This document shows, piece by piece, positions 1 through 7,542 of a stretch of DNA of 13,866 bases. Location of the stretch: assembly GCA_964457525.1 (NCBI GenBank), contig CAYWGS010000035.1, positions 1-13,866 of the forward strand. The letters run 5' to 3'. The position numbers and the translations under genes were made by a program. Every line of letters begins with the position of its first letter. Position 1 is the stretch's first letter. The notes below the pieces were generated by a model. The model was not told the DNA's origin, searched no databases, and worked only from the letters and a program-made list of their open reading frames with translations. Origin of the DNA: an uncultured Erysipelotrichaceae bacterium. GTDB taxonomy: Bacteria; Bacillota_I; Bacilli_A; Erysipelotrichales; Erysipelotrichaceae.

Positions 1-746
1 TTAACTATGGTAGTAAGGTTGATGAAATTACTTATTTAAATGGATTAACACAAGGTGCAATTGCAGCTAATTTACCTGTATTTCTTGGGGATGGGGCAAA
101 TCGTGAAGCATTTGAAATGCCACTTAAAATACATAAAGAATTAAATAATTCTACCGTAATGACGATTAAACCATGGACTATGGATTTAGCATTATCAAAA
201 CTTGCAGAAGTTAAAGAATGTTCACCTATGGCGGTCGCGATGGATATTGATGCGGCTGGATTGATCTTACTTAAGAAACAAGGCGTTCCTGTTGCTTATA
301 AATCAATTTCTGATTTGAAGAAAATTAGAGAATTCATGAATGTTCCTTTTATTGTAAAAGGAATTATGTGTGTAGAAGACGCACAAGCCGCAATTGAAGC
401 AGGGGTTGATGCGATTGTTGTATCCAATCATGGCGGACGTGTCTTAGATGACTCAACTTCGACCATTGAAGTACTTGAAGATATTGCAAAGTTTGTCAAT
501 AAACGTTGTAAAGTATTTGTGGATGGTGGCTTTCGAAGTGGAGCAGATGTATATAAAGCACTTTCACTAGGAGCAGATGGAGTACTGATTGGTCGTCCAT
601 TTAGTCATTATGCCATTGGTGGGCAAGCAGAAGGCGTGAAGCTTTATGCGGAAAAGTTGATTAACGAATTACAAGAATGCATGCGTATGACTGCGTGTCA
701 AACATTAAGTGATATTAAACGTTCTAATGTAAGAGTTCATTTCTAA
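1..746 (+). CDS. FMN-dependent alpha-hydroxy-acid oxidase/dehydrogenase family protein (lactate/glycolate-oxidase-like), 5'-truncated by the window edge
   Basis: Frame 3 is open from base 3 (NYGSKVDEITYLNG...) into the listed ORF at 117, so the gene begins upstream of the window. It contains VSNHGGRVLD (family signature SNHG[AG]R, with V where Q is usual) and VDGGFRSGADVYKALSLGADGVLIGRP, the typical FMN-phosphate-binding C-terminal barrel segment. Stop TAA is at 744-746, followed by a hairpin. Confidence 0.85.
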   Translation, partial: NYGSKVDEITYLNGLTQGAIAANLPVFLGDGANREAFEMPLKIHKELNNSTVMTIKPWTMDLALSKLAEVKECSPMAVAMDIDAAGLILLKKQGVPVAYKSISDLKKIREFMNVPFIVKGIMCVEDAQAAIEAGVDAIVVSNHGGRVLDDSTSTIEVLEDIAKFVNKRCKVFVDGGFRSGADVYKALSLGADGVLIGRPFSHYAIGGQAEGVKLYAEKLINELQECMRMTACQTLSDIKRSNVRVHF

Positions 747-748
747 AG

Positions 749-773
749 AAAAGCATTCGTCTGAATGCTTTTT
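749..773. terminator. Bidirectional rho-independent terminator shared by the convergent oxidase and photolyase genes
   Basis: Perfect 10-bp stem aaaagcattc (749-758) / gaatgctttt (763-772) with loop gtct. There is an A-run on the left and a T-run on the right, so both strands read hairpin plus U-tract. The photolyase stop codon (772-774, minus) lies in the right arm. Confidence 0.65.
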
Positions 774-2052
774 ATAACTTTAATTTTGATTTTTTTAGGG
801 TACCATCTTTGCCCATCGCTCGAACTAAACCAATAACTGGTCGATCGAACCATGGTCGGTCATGAACAGCAGCGACTGACCACATAATACCGGTATATCC
901 ATTTGGATCACGTCCATCTAACATGTATTTATCATTTAAGTGGATTAATAGATCAATCGCATCTTGAGGTGTCTTCGTCCAATACAATACCATTTTTGCC
1001 CAATACATTCGAAGATATGAGTGTAAATATCCATCTGTAACAATCTTCATTTGACAGAAATTCCATAAGTCATCATGCGTCTCAGCCTTCTCGAATTTTT
1101 CTAAGGTGTAAGTATATTCTCTTGGATCATTAATGTGTTGATTGAGCGTATTTTGTGCCCAAGTCCAAGCACCCTTTATTGAATCATAATCTTTACAATA
1201 GTAACAATAATTCTCAGCTAATTCACGTCTTACTAAGGCTTCTTCTACAAAAAGAGGTGCATTCTCGTGTTGCGAATTCTCAACATCACGAATCATTTTT
1301 AAAGGGGATAACATTCCAAAATGTAAATAAGCTGAAAGATAGGATTGCCCCTGTGAGTCGTATTCATTACGATTGGCATAGTTTTTTAACCCATGTTCAA
1401 TGAAATGTTGGAGTTGAGCGTTTGCAGCATCTTCACCTGGGATAAGCTTAGATAAAGATAGTTCTTCCAATTTGTTTTGAGTAAAGAAATTATTGAATTG
1501 TATTTGATTAAAAGATTCAATGTTAATTGATTGTGGGTGAATCTGAATGGGATAAAAGTTAAGTAAATAGGATTTATACTTAGACATTATCTTAGGTCGA
1601 ATCGTTTTTGCGGCGTATTCAAGTTTTAAACTGGTTTCATCAACCGGAACAACACATGCTGTGTTAACTTTTAAAAATTCAATCATATTCGAATAACAGT
1701 ATTCACTTAATAAATCATGAGCTTTTAAGATAGGTTTGAGAACATGTTGCTCGGTAATTATGTTTGTGATATCAAAGTCATTTCTTAAATCATTAATATT
1801 CTCAATAAGATTTCCCTGTCTAAATAAAAGGGGAATATTATGCTTATTAAGTTTTTGTGACATCTCAAGAAGACCAGATAATAAAAAATGCATATTTCTG
1901 AGGTTAGCGTAAGGATAATTAGGGTAATAATTAAAAAGACAAATGAGTTGTGCATTTTGGTTTAATGCTTTTTTCTGAGCGGTATATAGGGCTTGATTAT
2001 CCTTAAACCTTATGGCTCTAGACACAAGATATAGGATTGTTTTTTGTTTCAT
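772..2052 (-). CDS. phr: Deoxyribodipyrimidine (CPD) photolyase, class II type
   Basis: 426 aa. The C-terminal FAD-binding region carries class II hallmarks: WAQNTLNQHINDPREYTYTLEKFEKAETHDDLWNFCQ, GYLHSYLRMYWAKMVLYW and LNDKYMLDGRDPNGYTGIMWSVAAVHDRPWFDRPVIGLVRAM. The N-terminal alpha/beta domain reads ILYLVSRAIRFKDNQAL. Confidence 0.88.
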   Translation of the reverse strand: MKQKTILYLVSRAIRFKDNQALYTAQKKALNQNAQLICLFNYYPNYPYANLRNMHFLLSGLLEMSQKLNKHNIPLLFRQGNLIENINDLRNDFDITNIITEQHVLKPILKAHDLLSEYCYSNMIEFLKVNTACVVPVDETSLKLEYAAKTIRPKIMSKYKSYLLNFYPIQIHPQSINIESFNQIQFNNFFTQNKLEELSLSKLIPGEDAANAQLQHFIEHGLKNYANRNEYDSQGQSYLSAYLHFGMLSPLKMIRDVENSQHENAPLFVEEALVRRELAENYCYYCKDYDSIKGAWTWAQNTLNQHINDPREYTYTLEKFEKAETHDDLWNFCQMKIVTDGYLHSYLRMYWAKMVLYWTKTPQDAIDLLIHLNDKYMLDGRDPNGYTGIMWSVAAVHDRPWFDRPVIGLVRAMGKDGTLKKSKLKL

Positions 2053-2058
2053 GATTTC

Positions 2059-2067
2059 ATTATATCA
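2059..2067 (-). promoter_or_regulatory. Extended -10 promoter element (TGaTATAAT) for the photolyase gene, positioned for a leaderless transcript
   Basis: Minus strand reads cctTTGATATAATgaaatcATG. TATAAT is 2064..2059 and TG is 2067..2066. Only 6 nt (gaaatc) separate the -10 from the ATG (2052..2050), and there is no Shine-Dalgarno. A weak -35 (TTAATC/TAATCA) lies around 2082-2088. Confidence 0.4.
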
Positions 2068-2080
2068 AAGGATGCTTTTC

Positions 2081-2109
2081 TTGATTAATAGAATGATTTA
2101 AATTAAACT
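2081..2109 (+). promoter_or_regulatory. Candidate sigma-A promoter for the yerC-like gene
   Basis: TTGATT (2081-2086), 17-nt spacer, TAAACT (2104-2109). RBS tGGAGa at 2118-2123 sits 6 nt before ATG 2130. Its -35 overlaps the -35 of the divergent photolyase promoter. Confidence 0.35.
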
Positions 2110-2129
2110 TTATTTAATGGAGATTACAA

Positions 2130-2405
2130 ATGGAAAATAAAATTAACAGTTCATTATTGTTCAAAGCAATCTTAAGTCTTGAAAACGAAAAGGAATGTGC
2201 CGCATTCTTTGAAGATCTTTGCACAATAAAAGAAATAAAAGATATGGTTGATCGCTTAGAAGTTGCGAACCTTTTGCTGGAAGGTGAAACCTATGAAACA
2301 ATCGTTAAGAAAACAAAAATGAGTAGTGCAACGATTTCACGCGTTAATCGTTGTATACAGTATGGAAAAGGTGGATATAAGAAAATTTTAAGTCGAATAG
2401 AATAA
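2130..2405 (+). CDS. yerC: YerC/YecD family TrpR-like small DNA-binding protein
   Basis: 91 aa. LFKAILSLENEKECAAFFEDLCTIKEIKDMVDRLEVANLL...YETIVKKTKMSSATISRVNRCIQYGKGGY matches the conserved YerC/YecD (Trp-repressor-fold) pattern, including the SxATISRV helix-turn-helix and the C-terminal YG.GGY. Confidence 0.85.
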   Translation: MENKINSSLLFKAILSLENEKECAAFFEDLCTIKEIKDMVDRLEVANLLLEGETYETIVKKTKMSSATISRVNRCIQYGKGGYKKILSRIE

Positions 2406-2431
2406 TTTTTTTATAAATTACACTTTAACGC

Positions 2432-2460
2432 TTTACAATGATAAAGTAATGAAGTATAAT
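2432..2460 (+). promoter_or_regulatory. Sigma-A promoter of the amino-acid ABC importer operon
   Basis: TTTACA (2432-2437), exactly 17 nt, TATAAT (2455-2460). RBS AAGGGAG at 2474-2480 sits 6 nt before ATG 2487. Confidence 0.6.
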
Positions 2461-2486
2461 CGAGTTCGTTAGTAAGGGAGAATGTT

Positions 2487-3269
2487 ATGAAGAAGTACTT
2501 GATTTTGCTTATACTATTCTTGCTTGTAGGTTGTACGACACAAGCAGTAGAAGATGTCGATAATAGTTTAAACCGAATTATCGAGAATAACAAAATGGTT
2601 GTAGGTTTTACGGAATATCCTCCGATGGGATTTAAAGAGAATGGTGAAATCACTGGTTTCGATATTGATATTGCAAGAGCAGTAGGTGAAAAACTAGGTG
2701 TAGATGTTGAGTTTGTGTATATTGATTGGGATGCGAAAGTGTTGGAATTAGATGCTGGTAACATTGATATGATTTGGAATGGTTTAACCATTACAGCGGA
2801 TCGTGAGAAAGAAATACTATTCTCTAAGCCATATTTCAATAACCGCATTGTTATTCTTACATTAGCTGATTCAAAGATTAATTCCATTTCTGATTTACAA
2901 GATAAAAATGTTGGGGTTGAACTACAAAGTTCAGGACAAAGTGCTTTAGAAAAATCAGATGTATTTGGTTCAATTAAAGAAATGGTTAAATACACAACAA
3001 TTACAGAAGCAGTATTGGATTTAAAAGCAGGTGGAATTGATGCGATTGTGGCGGATGAAATCTTTGCTCGCTATGCAATCTCCAAAGATGCTGGAGCATA
3101 TAAGATTCCAGAGGATGTATTTAATTCAGAGAATTATGGTATTGGCTTTAGACTTGAAGATGTTGCGTTAAGAGATAAAATTGATCAAATCATTGATGAG
3201 CTAGCAGAAGATGGTACTGCACTAGAAATCTCACTTAAATGGTTTGGTGAAGACTTATTGTTACGTTAA
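2487..3269 (+). CDS. Polar amino-acid ABC transporter substrate-binding lipoprotein (family 3 SBP)
   Basis: Signal peptide MKKYLILLILFLLVGC with lipobox L-V-G-C. Typical SBP_bac_3 segments are VVGFTEYPPMGF, GFDIDIARAVGEKLGV, IDMIWNGLTITADREK, FSKPYF and DAIVADE. Its stop overlaps the next start (TAATG at 3267-3271). Confidence 0.88.
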   Translation: MKKYLILLILFLLVGCTTQAVEDVDNSLNRIIENNKMVVGFTEYPPMGFKENGEITGFDIDIARAVGEKLGVDVEFVYIDWDAKVLELDAGNIDMIWNGLTITADREKEILFSKPYFNNRIVILTLADSKINSISDLQDKNVGVELQSSGQSALEKSDVFGSIKEMVKYTTITEAVLDLKAGGIDAIVADEIFARYAISKDAGAYKIPEDVFNSENYGIGFRLEDVALRDKIDQIIDELAEDGTALEISLKWFGEDLLLR

Positions 3270-3913
3270 TGTTTGATTATTGGTTTAAGATCCTTCCTCC
3301 AATTTTGGAAGGATTTAATATTTCTATTCTAGTTTATCTCTTAACCATGATATTTGCTTTACCCATTGGATTACTAATTGGTTTACTATCTGATTTATAT
3401 AAACCGTCACATAAGATTATTCGCATCTTTACATGGATTGTTCGAGGAACACCATTGTTATTACAGTTGTATGTTACGATGTATGCTTTACCACTTATTC
3501 TACCGTTTAGAATGAATCGCTTGTTTGCGGGTACACTTACATTTGTAATTAACTATGCTGCATATTTTACCGAAATATTTAGGAGTGGCTTAGCGATTAT
3601 TCCAGTTGGACAGTGGCAAGCAGGTGAAGTTTTAGGTTTAAAAAGAATTGAAACCATTTGGTATATTATTCTACCTCAAATGTTTCGCAATACATTATTA
3701 CCTTTGATCAATGAAGCCATCACCTTAGTTAAAGATACATCTCTATTAGCAGCTATCGCGATTGGAGAGATGTTAAGGAATGCAAAGGAAATTGTTACTC
3801 AAGATTTTAAAGTAGATGCGCTGGTTATTGCTGGATTGATTTACTTGTTATTTAGTTTAGGGGTTGTTCAGATTGGTAAGAAGTTAGAGCAACTTGTCTT
3901 AAGAAGGAGGTAG
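3269..3913 (+). CDS. Polar amino-acid ABC transporter permease (His/Glu/Gln/Arg/opine, HisMQ-type)
   Basis: 214 aa, multi-TM. GTPLLLQLYVTMYALP and the EAA-loop-like GQWQAGEVLGLKRIETIWYIILPQMFRNTLLPLINEAITLVKDTSLL are characteristic of the PAAT permease family. Translationally coupled to the SBP gene. Confidence 0.88.
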   Translation: MFDYWFKILPPILEGFNISILVYLLTMIFALPIGLLIGLLSDLYKPSHKIIRIFTWIVRGTPLLLQLYVTMYALPLILPFRMNRLFAGTLTFVINYAAYFTEIFRSGLAIIPVGQWQAGEVLGLKRIETIWYIILPQMFRNTLLPLINEAITLVKDTSLLAAIAIGEMLRNAKEIVTQDFKVDALVIAGLIYLLFSLGVVQIGKKLEQLVLRRR

Positions 3914-3914
3914 T

Positions 3915-4595
3915 ATGATTCAAATTAATAACTTAAGTTATGCATATACCGATACACCTGTACTCAAGAATGTTTCATTTGAGATTAAAGAGAATGAAAT
4001 CGTTGGATTATTGGGTTTAAGTGGGAGTGGCAAGACAACATTACTGAAAATATTAAGTGGTCTATTACAGCCAGATAAAGGAACATATACGATTGAATCG
4101 TATTTAGCTTATGAAAAAGGAAAGCGTAATCCCATTCTTGTAAATGATTTAGGTGTAGTATTTCAAGATTATAATTTATTTATGCATATGACAGTTTTAG
4201 ATAATCTAGCTTTACCTTATCGCTTACGATATAAGACTTCAAAAGATGAATCAAAGCGAGTTGCGTTAGAACTATTAGAACAGTTTGGATTATCTGAACA
4301 CATCAATAAGTATCCTAATGAGTGCTCTGGTGGCCAGCAACAACGTATTGCGATTGCTCGTGCCTTGATTCTAAATCCAAGAGTATTGCTCATTGATGAA
4401 CCTACTGCTGCACTTGATCAAGAAAATACAGAGATCGTAACTCGATTATTAAAAGAGCTCAATAAAAAAGGGTTAACCGTAGTAGTGATTACACACGATT
4501 TACCCTTTGCTCAATCCATATGTCAACGTGTTATTGAATTAAAACAAGGTGAGATAATCAGAGATACAAGGGCAGAAAATTACTTTATGACTTAA
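3915..4595 (+). CDS. Amino-acid ABC transporter ATP-binding protein
   Basis: Walker A GLSGSGKTT, Q-loop VFQDYNLF, signature SGGQQQRIAIARAL, Walker B LLIDEPTAALD, H-loop ITHD. Strong RBS AGGAGG at 3905-3911. Stop TAA is at 4593-4595. Confidence 0.9.
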   Translation: MIQINNLSYAYTDTPVLKNVSFEIKENEIVGLLGLSGSGKTTLLKILSGLLQPDKGTYTIESYLAYEKGKRNPILVNDLGVVFQDYNLFMHMTVLDNLALPYRLRYKTSKDESKRVALELLEQFGLSEHINKYPNECSGGQQQRIAIARALILNPRVLLIDEPTAALDQENTEIVTRLLKELNKKGLTVVVITHDLPFAQSICQRVIELKQGEIIRDTRAENYFMT

Positions 4596-6429
4596 ACTGA
4601 GACTCGATGAATTCAACCAGTCTTTTTGCATCTACTCGATTTTGAAAATCATCTACAAGTAAGGTTGATCCGTTGCTTACTTGTGTCTTGAAATGGGTGG
4701 CGAGAGGGAAGTCCTCTTTATTTGCCCATAAGTATGGAGTTTGAAGATAACCAAACTTAAAGATTTGATATAAACCTTCTGCAGAATATGGATCATCGAT
4801 TAGGTTTTCAATCGAGTTTAACAAGATATTAGCTTCATGAATAAGTTCTTTTGTCTTTAATTCGATTTCGTTATGGAATGCTAAGATGAATTCTGGATGT
4901 TCTTTTTTGTAGTTTCTGTAGTAATTCAGTGCTTCTTGAGTAATCTGGACACTTTCATTAATTACCTGTGGATTTGCTAAGAATAAAGCTTCGCTATAAC
5001 TCACCACATGAATTATTTCTGGACTGTTTGCTTTCTTCGGTTCAATATCATCCATTAACATCGATACTTGAGCAAGTTGAACCTTTGCGAGTTCAAGATC
5101 TGGTGCGAAATAATCAAGACCTGCTCTAGGTTGTAAGTATACGTTAAATGAATCATCTTTGAGTGGTTCAATTAATTTTAGAATGGCTCTTGCTTTTGCA
5201 AGATCAACAATCCCCCAAGTATAGCGAGGTGTATTTAACATAACTTGTAATACAAATGTTCTAATTCCATATTTTTTTGCGGTACGAGCTGCTAAAACCG
5301 CAGAAAGTACATACGTTAAATCATCACTTCCTCTAAAGGCAAAATGATGTGGAATATTGGGCTCAAATGGTTTATTTGTCTCGGCAATATATTTAAGTGT
5401 TTCAATATGTTCTTCAAGATTCTGTTTTACACTATTAGGACCTCGTCCATCTAATTGATTGAACCACCAGAACGATAGGGCATGCCACGCAATATTAATA
5501 CTTTCTTCATGAATACGAGCGAGTTCAGGAACATTCTTTGTGCCTGAATACGTTCTTAGCAACATCGGTCTAGAAATCTCGTAAATTCGTTCATATTCTT
5601 TCTTGTTTTGAATCGGAACACCCCCACCATTGCTTAAATGTGTCCAATCTTCATTAAAGTTCGATTGAGTTAGTTGAGATGAACCGATTGAAATGATATC
5701 TAATAAATTTGTTTGAGCTAATTCTCTACACCAATCTTCAAAGAGCGCAACTGCTTCGACTCGATTGGATAAGTAAGGCCCAACATGAACTCGTGTTAAA
5801 GGAAGATTTGTTTTACTTTGATTGGATTGAATTCGTAAATCTAATCGATCATTTCTGGTGCCAAATTCTGGATAACCACCCTTATTGACTGATTGATACT
5901 GTTTATATTCATGCAATTCAATCATATCCTTAGCAAGTTTCCTTAGTTCTTCGTCATATTTTGAACCTTCAATAAGTACTTTAGGGATGTCATTCTCATT
6001 AACACCGAGTTGAATTAAAGTATCGTAAGCAGATTCAGAACCGATAAAGCATTTAACTAATGCTTGATGTTCCTTTTGGATTAATTGACAACTTTCAGGT
6101 AGTCCTGCAAAGAAACATTGTTCCAAGAAGCCGCCATCTTGTTTATACATTTTGTTGTTTTTGAGTATTGTTATTAGAATTCGAACCATCTCACTCGCAT
6201 CTTTGGGGTCGAGTCGATAGGAGATGCCTAAGTGAGTGATTTTATTATTTTTTAACCATTCAATAAGAATAGTTTGTTTACTAGGTTCCTTTATTTCTCT
6301 AAGGGCTTTTTCAATTTCATGTGTTCCTAGAACGACCCATTGTTTACATTCTTTTAGTTGTCCATATATGGCATTTATTCCCAGTGTATGTGCATCTAAA
6401 GATGATTTTAGGAGTCCGTATTTTTTCAT
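4585..6429 (-). CDS. Uncharacterised 614-aa protein with an N-terminal cobalamin (B12)-binding-domain-like region and a large C-terminal domain of unknown family
   Basis: The N-terminus MKKYGLLKSSLDAHTLG carries a DxHxxG motif directly after a predicted first beta-strand. HLGISYRLDPKDASEMV parallels the MetH-type IGLSGLITPSLDEMV segment, and a GG pair (QDGGF) follows that Ser after 28 residues, matching the canonical S..GG spacing. There is no CxxxCxxC, so it is not a B12-radical-SAM enzyme. The C-terminal ~480 aa are not recognisable by eye. Its start ATG overlaps the upstream gene's stop (TAATG). Confidence 0.5.
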   Translation of the reverse strand: MKKYGLLKSSLDAHTLGINAIYGQLKECKQWVVLGTHEIEKALREIKEPSKQTILIEWLKNNKITHLGISYRLDPKDASEMVRILITILKNNKMYKQDGGFLEQCFFAGLPESCQLIQKEHQALVKCFIGSESAYDTLIQLGVNENDIPKVLIEGSKYDEELRKLAKDMIELHEYKQYQSVNKGGYPEFGTRNDRLDLRIQSNQSKTNLPLTRVHVGPYLSNRVEAVALFEDWCRELAQTNLLDIISIGSSQLTQSNFNEDWTHLSNGGGVPIQNKKEYERIYEISRPMLLRTYSGTKNVPELARIHEESINIAWHALSFWWFNQLDGRGPNSVKQNLEEHIETLKYIAETNKPFEPNIPHHFAFRGSDDLTYVLSAVLAARTAKKYGIRTFVLQVMLNTPRYTWGIVDLAKARAILKLIEPLKDDSFNVYLQPRAGLDYFAPDLELAKVQLAQVSMLMDDIEPKKANSPEIIHVVSYSEALFLANPQVINESVQITQEALNYYRNYKKEHPEFILAFHNEIELKTKELIHEANILLNSIENLIDDPYSAEGLYQIFKFGYLQTPYLWANKEDFPLATHFKTQVSNGSTLLVDDFQNRVDAKRLVEFIESQFKS

Positions 6430-7502
6430 TATCCGTTTCCTTTCGGTTTATATTCTTCAAAAAAGTCTTTGACATCATTTCTGCCTATTTCTCTAAAATC
6501 AATTCCATACATACTATTGGCTAAGTCTAGAACGAGTTGTAAGTACTTATGAGGAGTTCCAGCTAACTTAGCAAGTTCAAGTATTGGAACGATTCCCGTA
6601 GGAATATCTTCATAGATGTATCGAGTTGTAATATCAGAAGGGGAACCAATTTCGTCGTATTGACTGGTGTTTTGCAAAGCGGAATATAGATTGATCCCTT
6701 CACTACCATAAACATCTTCTAACCAATGTTTTACATCACTCATTGGACATTCAAAGTAATTCGCAAGTGCAATTCTTTCTTTATCCAATTTTTCGAGGAA
6801 TTTTGCGATCATTGGGGTTATTCCATCTTTATAGTGTCGGTAACTTTCATCACATTCTATGCGTGCTAGATTCATAAGTGCAGGGAATGGATGAAATATC
6901 ATTCCAATATTTGATAAAGAAGTGAATAAGATGGATTTCTCCATTTTTATCATAGAGAAGGTATGGATGAGTTCATCGTAAATAATTTTACTATGTTCAG
7001 GTTTAAGTGCCGCAACATGTAGTACTTTCTTTCGAGAGAAGATTTGACTTATACCTGGTCTGATTTTACGAGATGTAAGTACAAATGTATCTGTTTCTCC
7101 GATCGGAATATCTAGGTTAAATCCAGCGGCTTTTAAATATCGGTCAAACATAAAAGCGCCGAGTGTACGACCTGGATTAATAATGATTTTATGATGTGCT
7201 TGTAGATGGGGAGCCATCTGTATTGCGATATCTTGATGAGCATGAGCCGGAATGCAAATCATGATGATTTCTGATTCATCTAAGGCTTGTTTTAGATTGG
7301 ATGTGGCACGAATATCGCTGACCATTACATTGATCATGCCTTGTATTTCGATTCCACCATAGGCATTTATTTGATCGATAACCATTTTAGTACGATTGTA
7401 TAGAATGGTTGGATTGCCTAAATACTGTAAGTAAGCGGCTAAGGCTTGGCCGCCGTGACCAGCACCAATAACACAATATTTCTTGCTTAAACGTTTTGTC
7501 AT
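6429..7502 (-). CDS. NAD(P)-dependent opine dehydrogenase family oxidoreductase (octopine/nopaline-DH-like)
   Basis: 357 aa. N-terminal Rossmann motif KYCVIGAGHGGQALAAYL. Family-typical segments are IINPGRT, GETDTFVLTSR, SNIGMIFHPFPALMNLARIE, HYKDGITP, LDKERIALANYF and TRYIYEDIPTGIVPILELAKLAG. RBS AAAGGAGA sits just upstream of ATG 7502. Confidence 0.85.
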   Translation of the reverse strand: MTKRLSKKYCVIGAGHGGQALAAYLQYLGNPTILYNRTKMVIDQINAYGGIEIQGMINVMVSDIRATSNLKQALDESEIIMICIPAHAHQDIAIQMAPHLQAHHKIIINPGRTLGAFMFDRYLKAAGFNLDIPIGETDTFVLTSRKIRPGISQIFSRKKVLHVAALKPEHSKIIYDELIHTFSMIKMEKSILFTSLSNIGMIFHPFPALMNLARIECDESYRHYKDGITPMIAKFLEKLDKERIALANYFECPMSDVKHWLEDVYGSEGINLYSALQNTSQYDEIGSPSDITTRYIYEDIPTGIVPILELAKLAGTPHKYLQLVLDLANSMYGIDFREIGRNDVKDFFEEYKPKGNG

Positions 7503-7533
7503 AGATTCTCCTTTTATTAACTACTTTGACATC

Positions 7534-7542
7534 ATAGTACCA
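7534..7542 (-). promoter_or_regulatory. Candidate extended -10 (TGgTACTAT) promoter for the opine-DH/B12-motif operon
   Basis: Minus strand reads ttgtaaTGGTACTATgatgtcaaagtagttaataaaAGGAGAatctATG. The -10 TACTAT is 7539..7534 and TG is 7542..7541. No convincing -35. The predicted 5'UTR is about 25 nt. Confidence 0.35.

Noticed and set aside
1155-1403. 82-aa plus-strand ORF inside the photolyase gene, plus similar small antisense ORFs at 8058-8288, 9338-9556 and 12244-12462
   Set aside because: All are embedded opposite confidently called genes. They have no Shine-Dalgarno, and their composition is typical of antisense translation.
2411-2995. 194-aa ORF antisense to the substrate-binding protein gene
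   Set aside because: It lies entirely within and opposite a well-supported SBP gene and the promoter region. The protein is low-complexity and Ser/Ile/Thr-rich with no motifs and no RBS. This is a typical shadow ORF in AT-rich DNA.
6236-6524. Two overlapping plus-strand ORFs (78 and 67 aa) spanning the junction of the opine-DH and 614-aa genes
   Set aside because: They lie antisense to the translationally coupled junction. The hydrophobic Phe/Ile/Leu-rich sequence is what the reverse complement of an AT-rich, Lys/Glu-rich coding region yields. There are no independent start signals.
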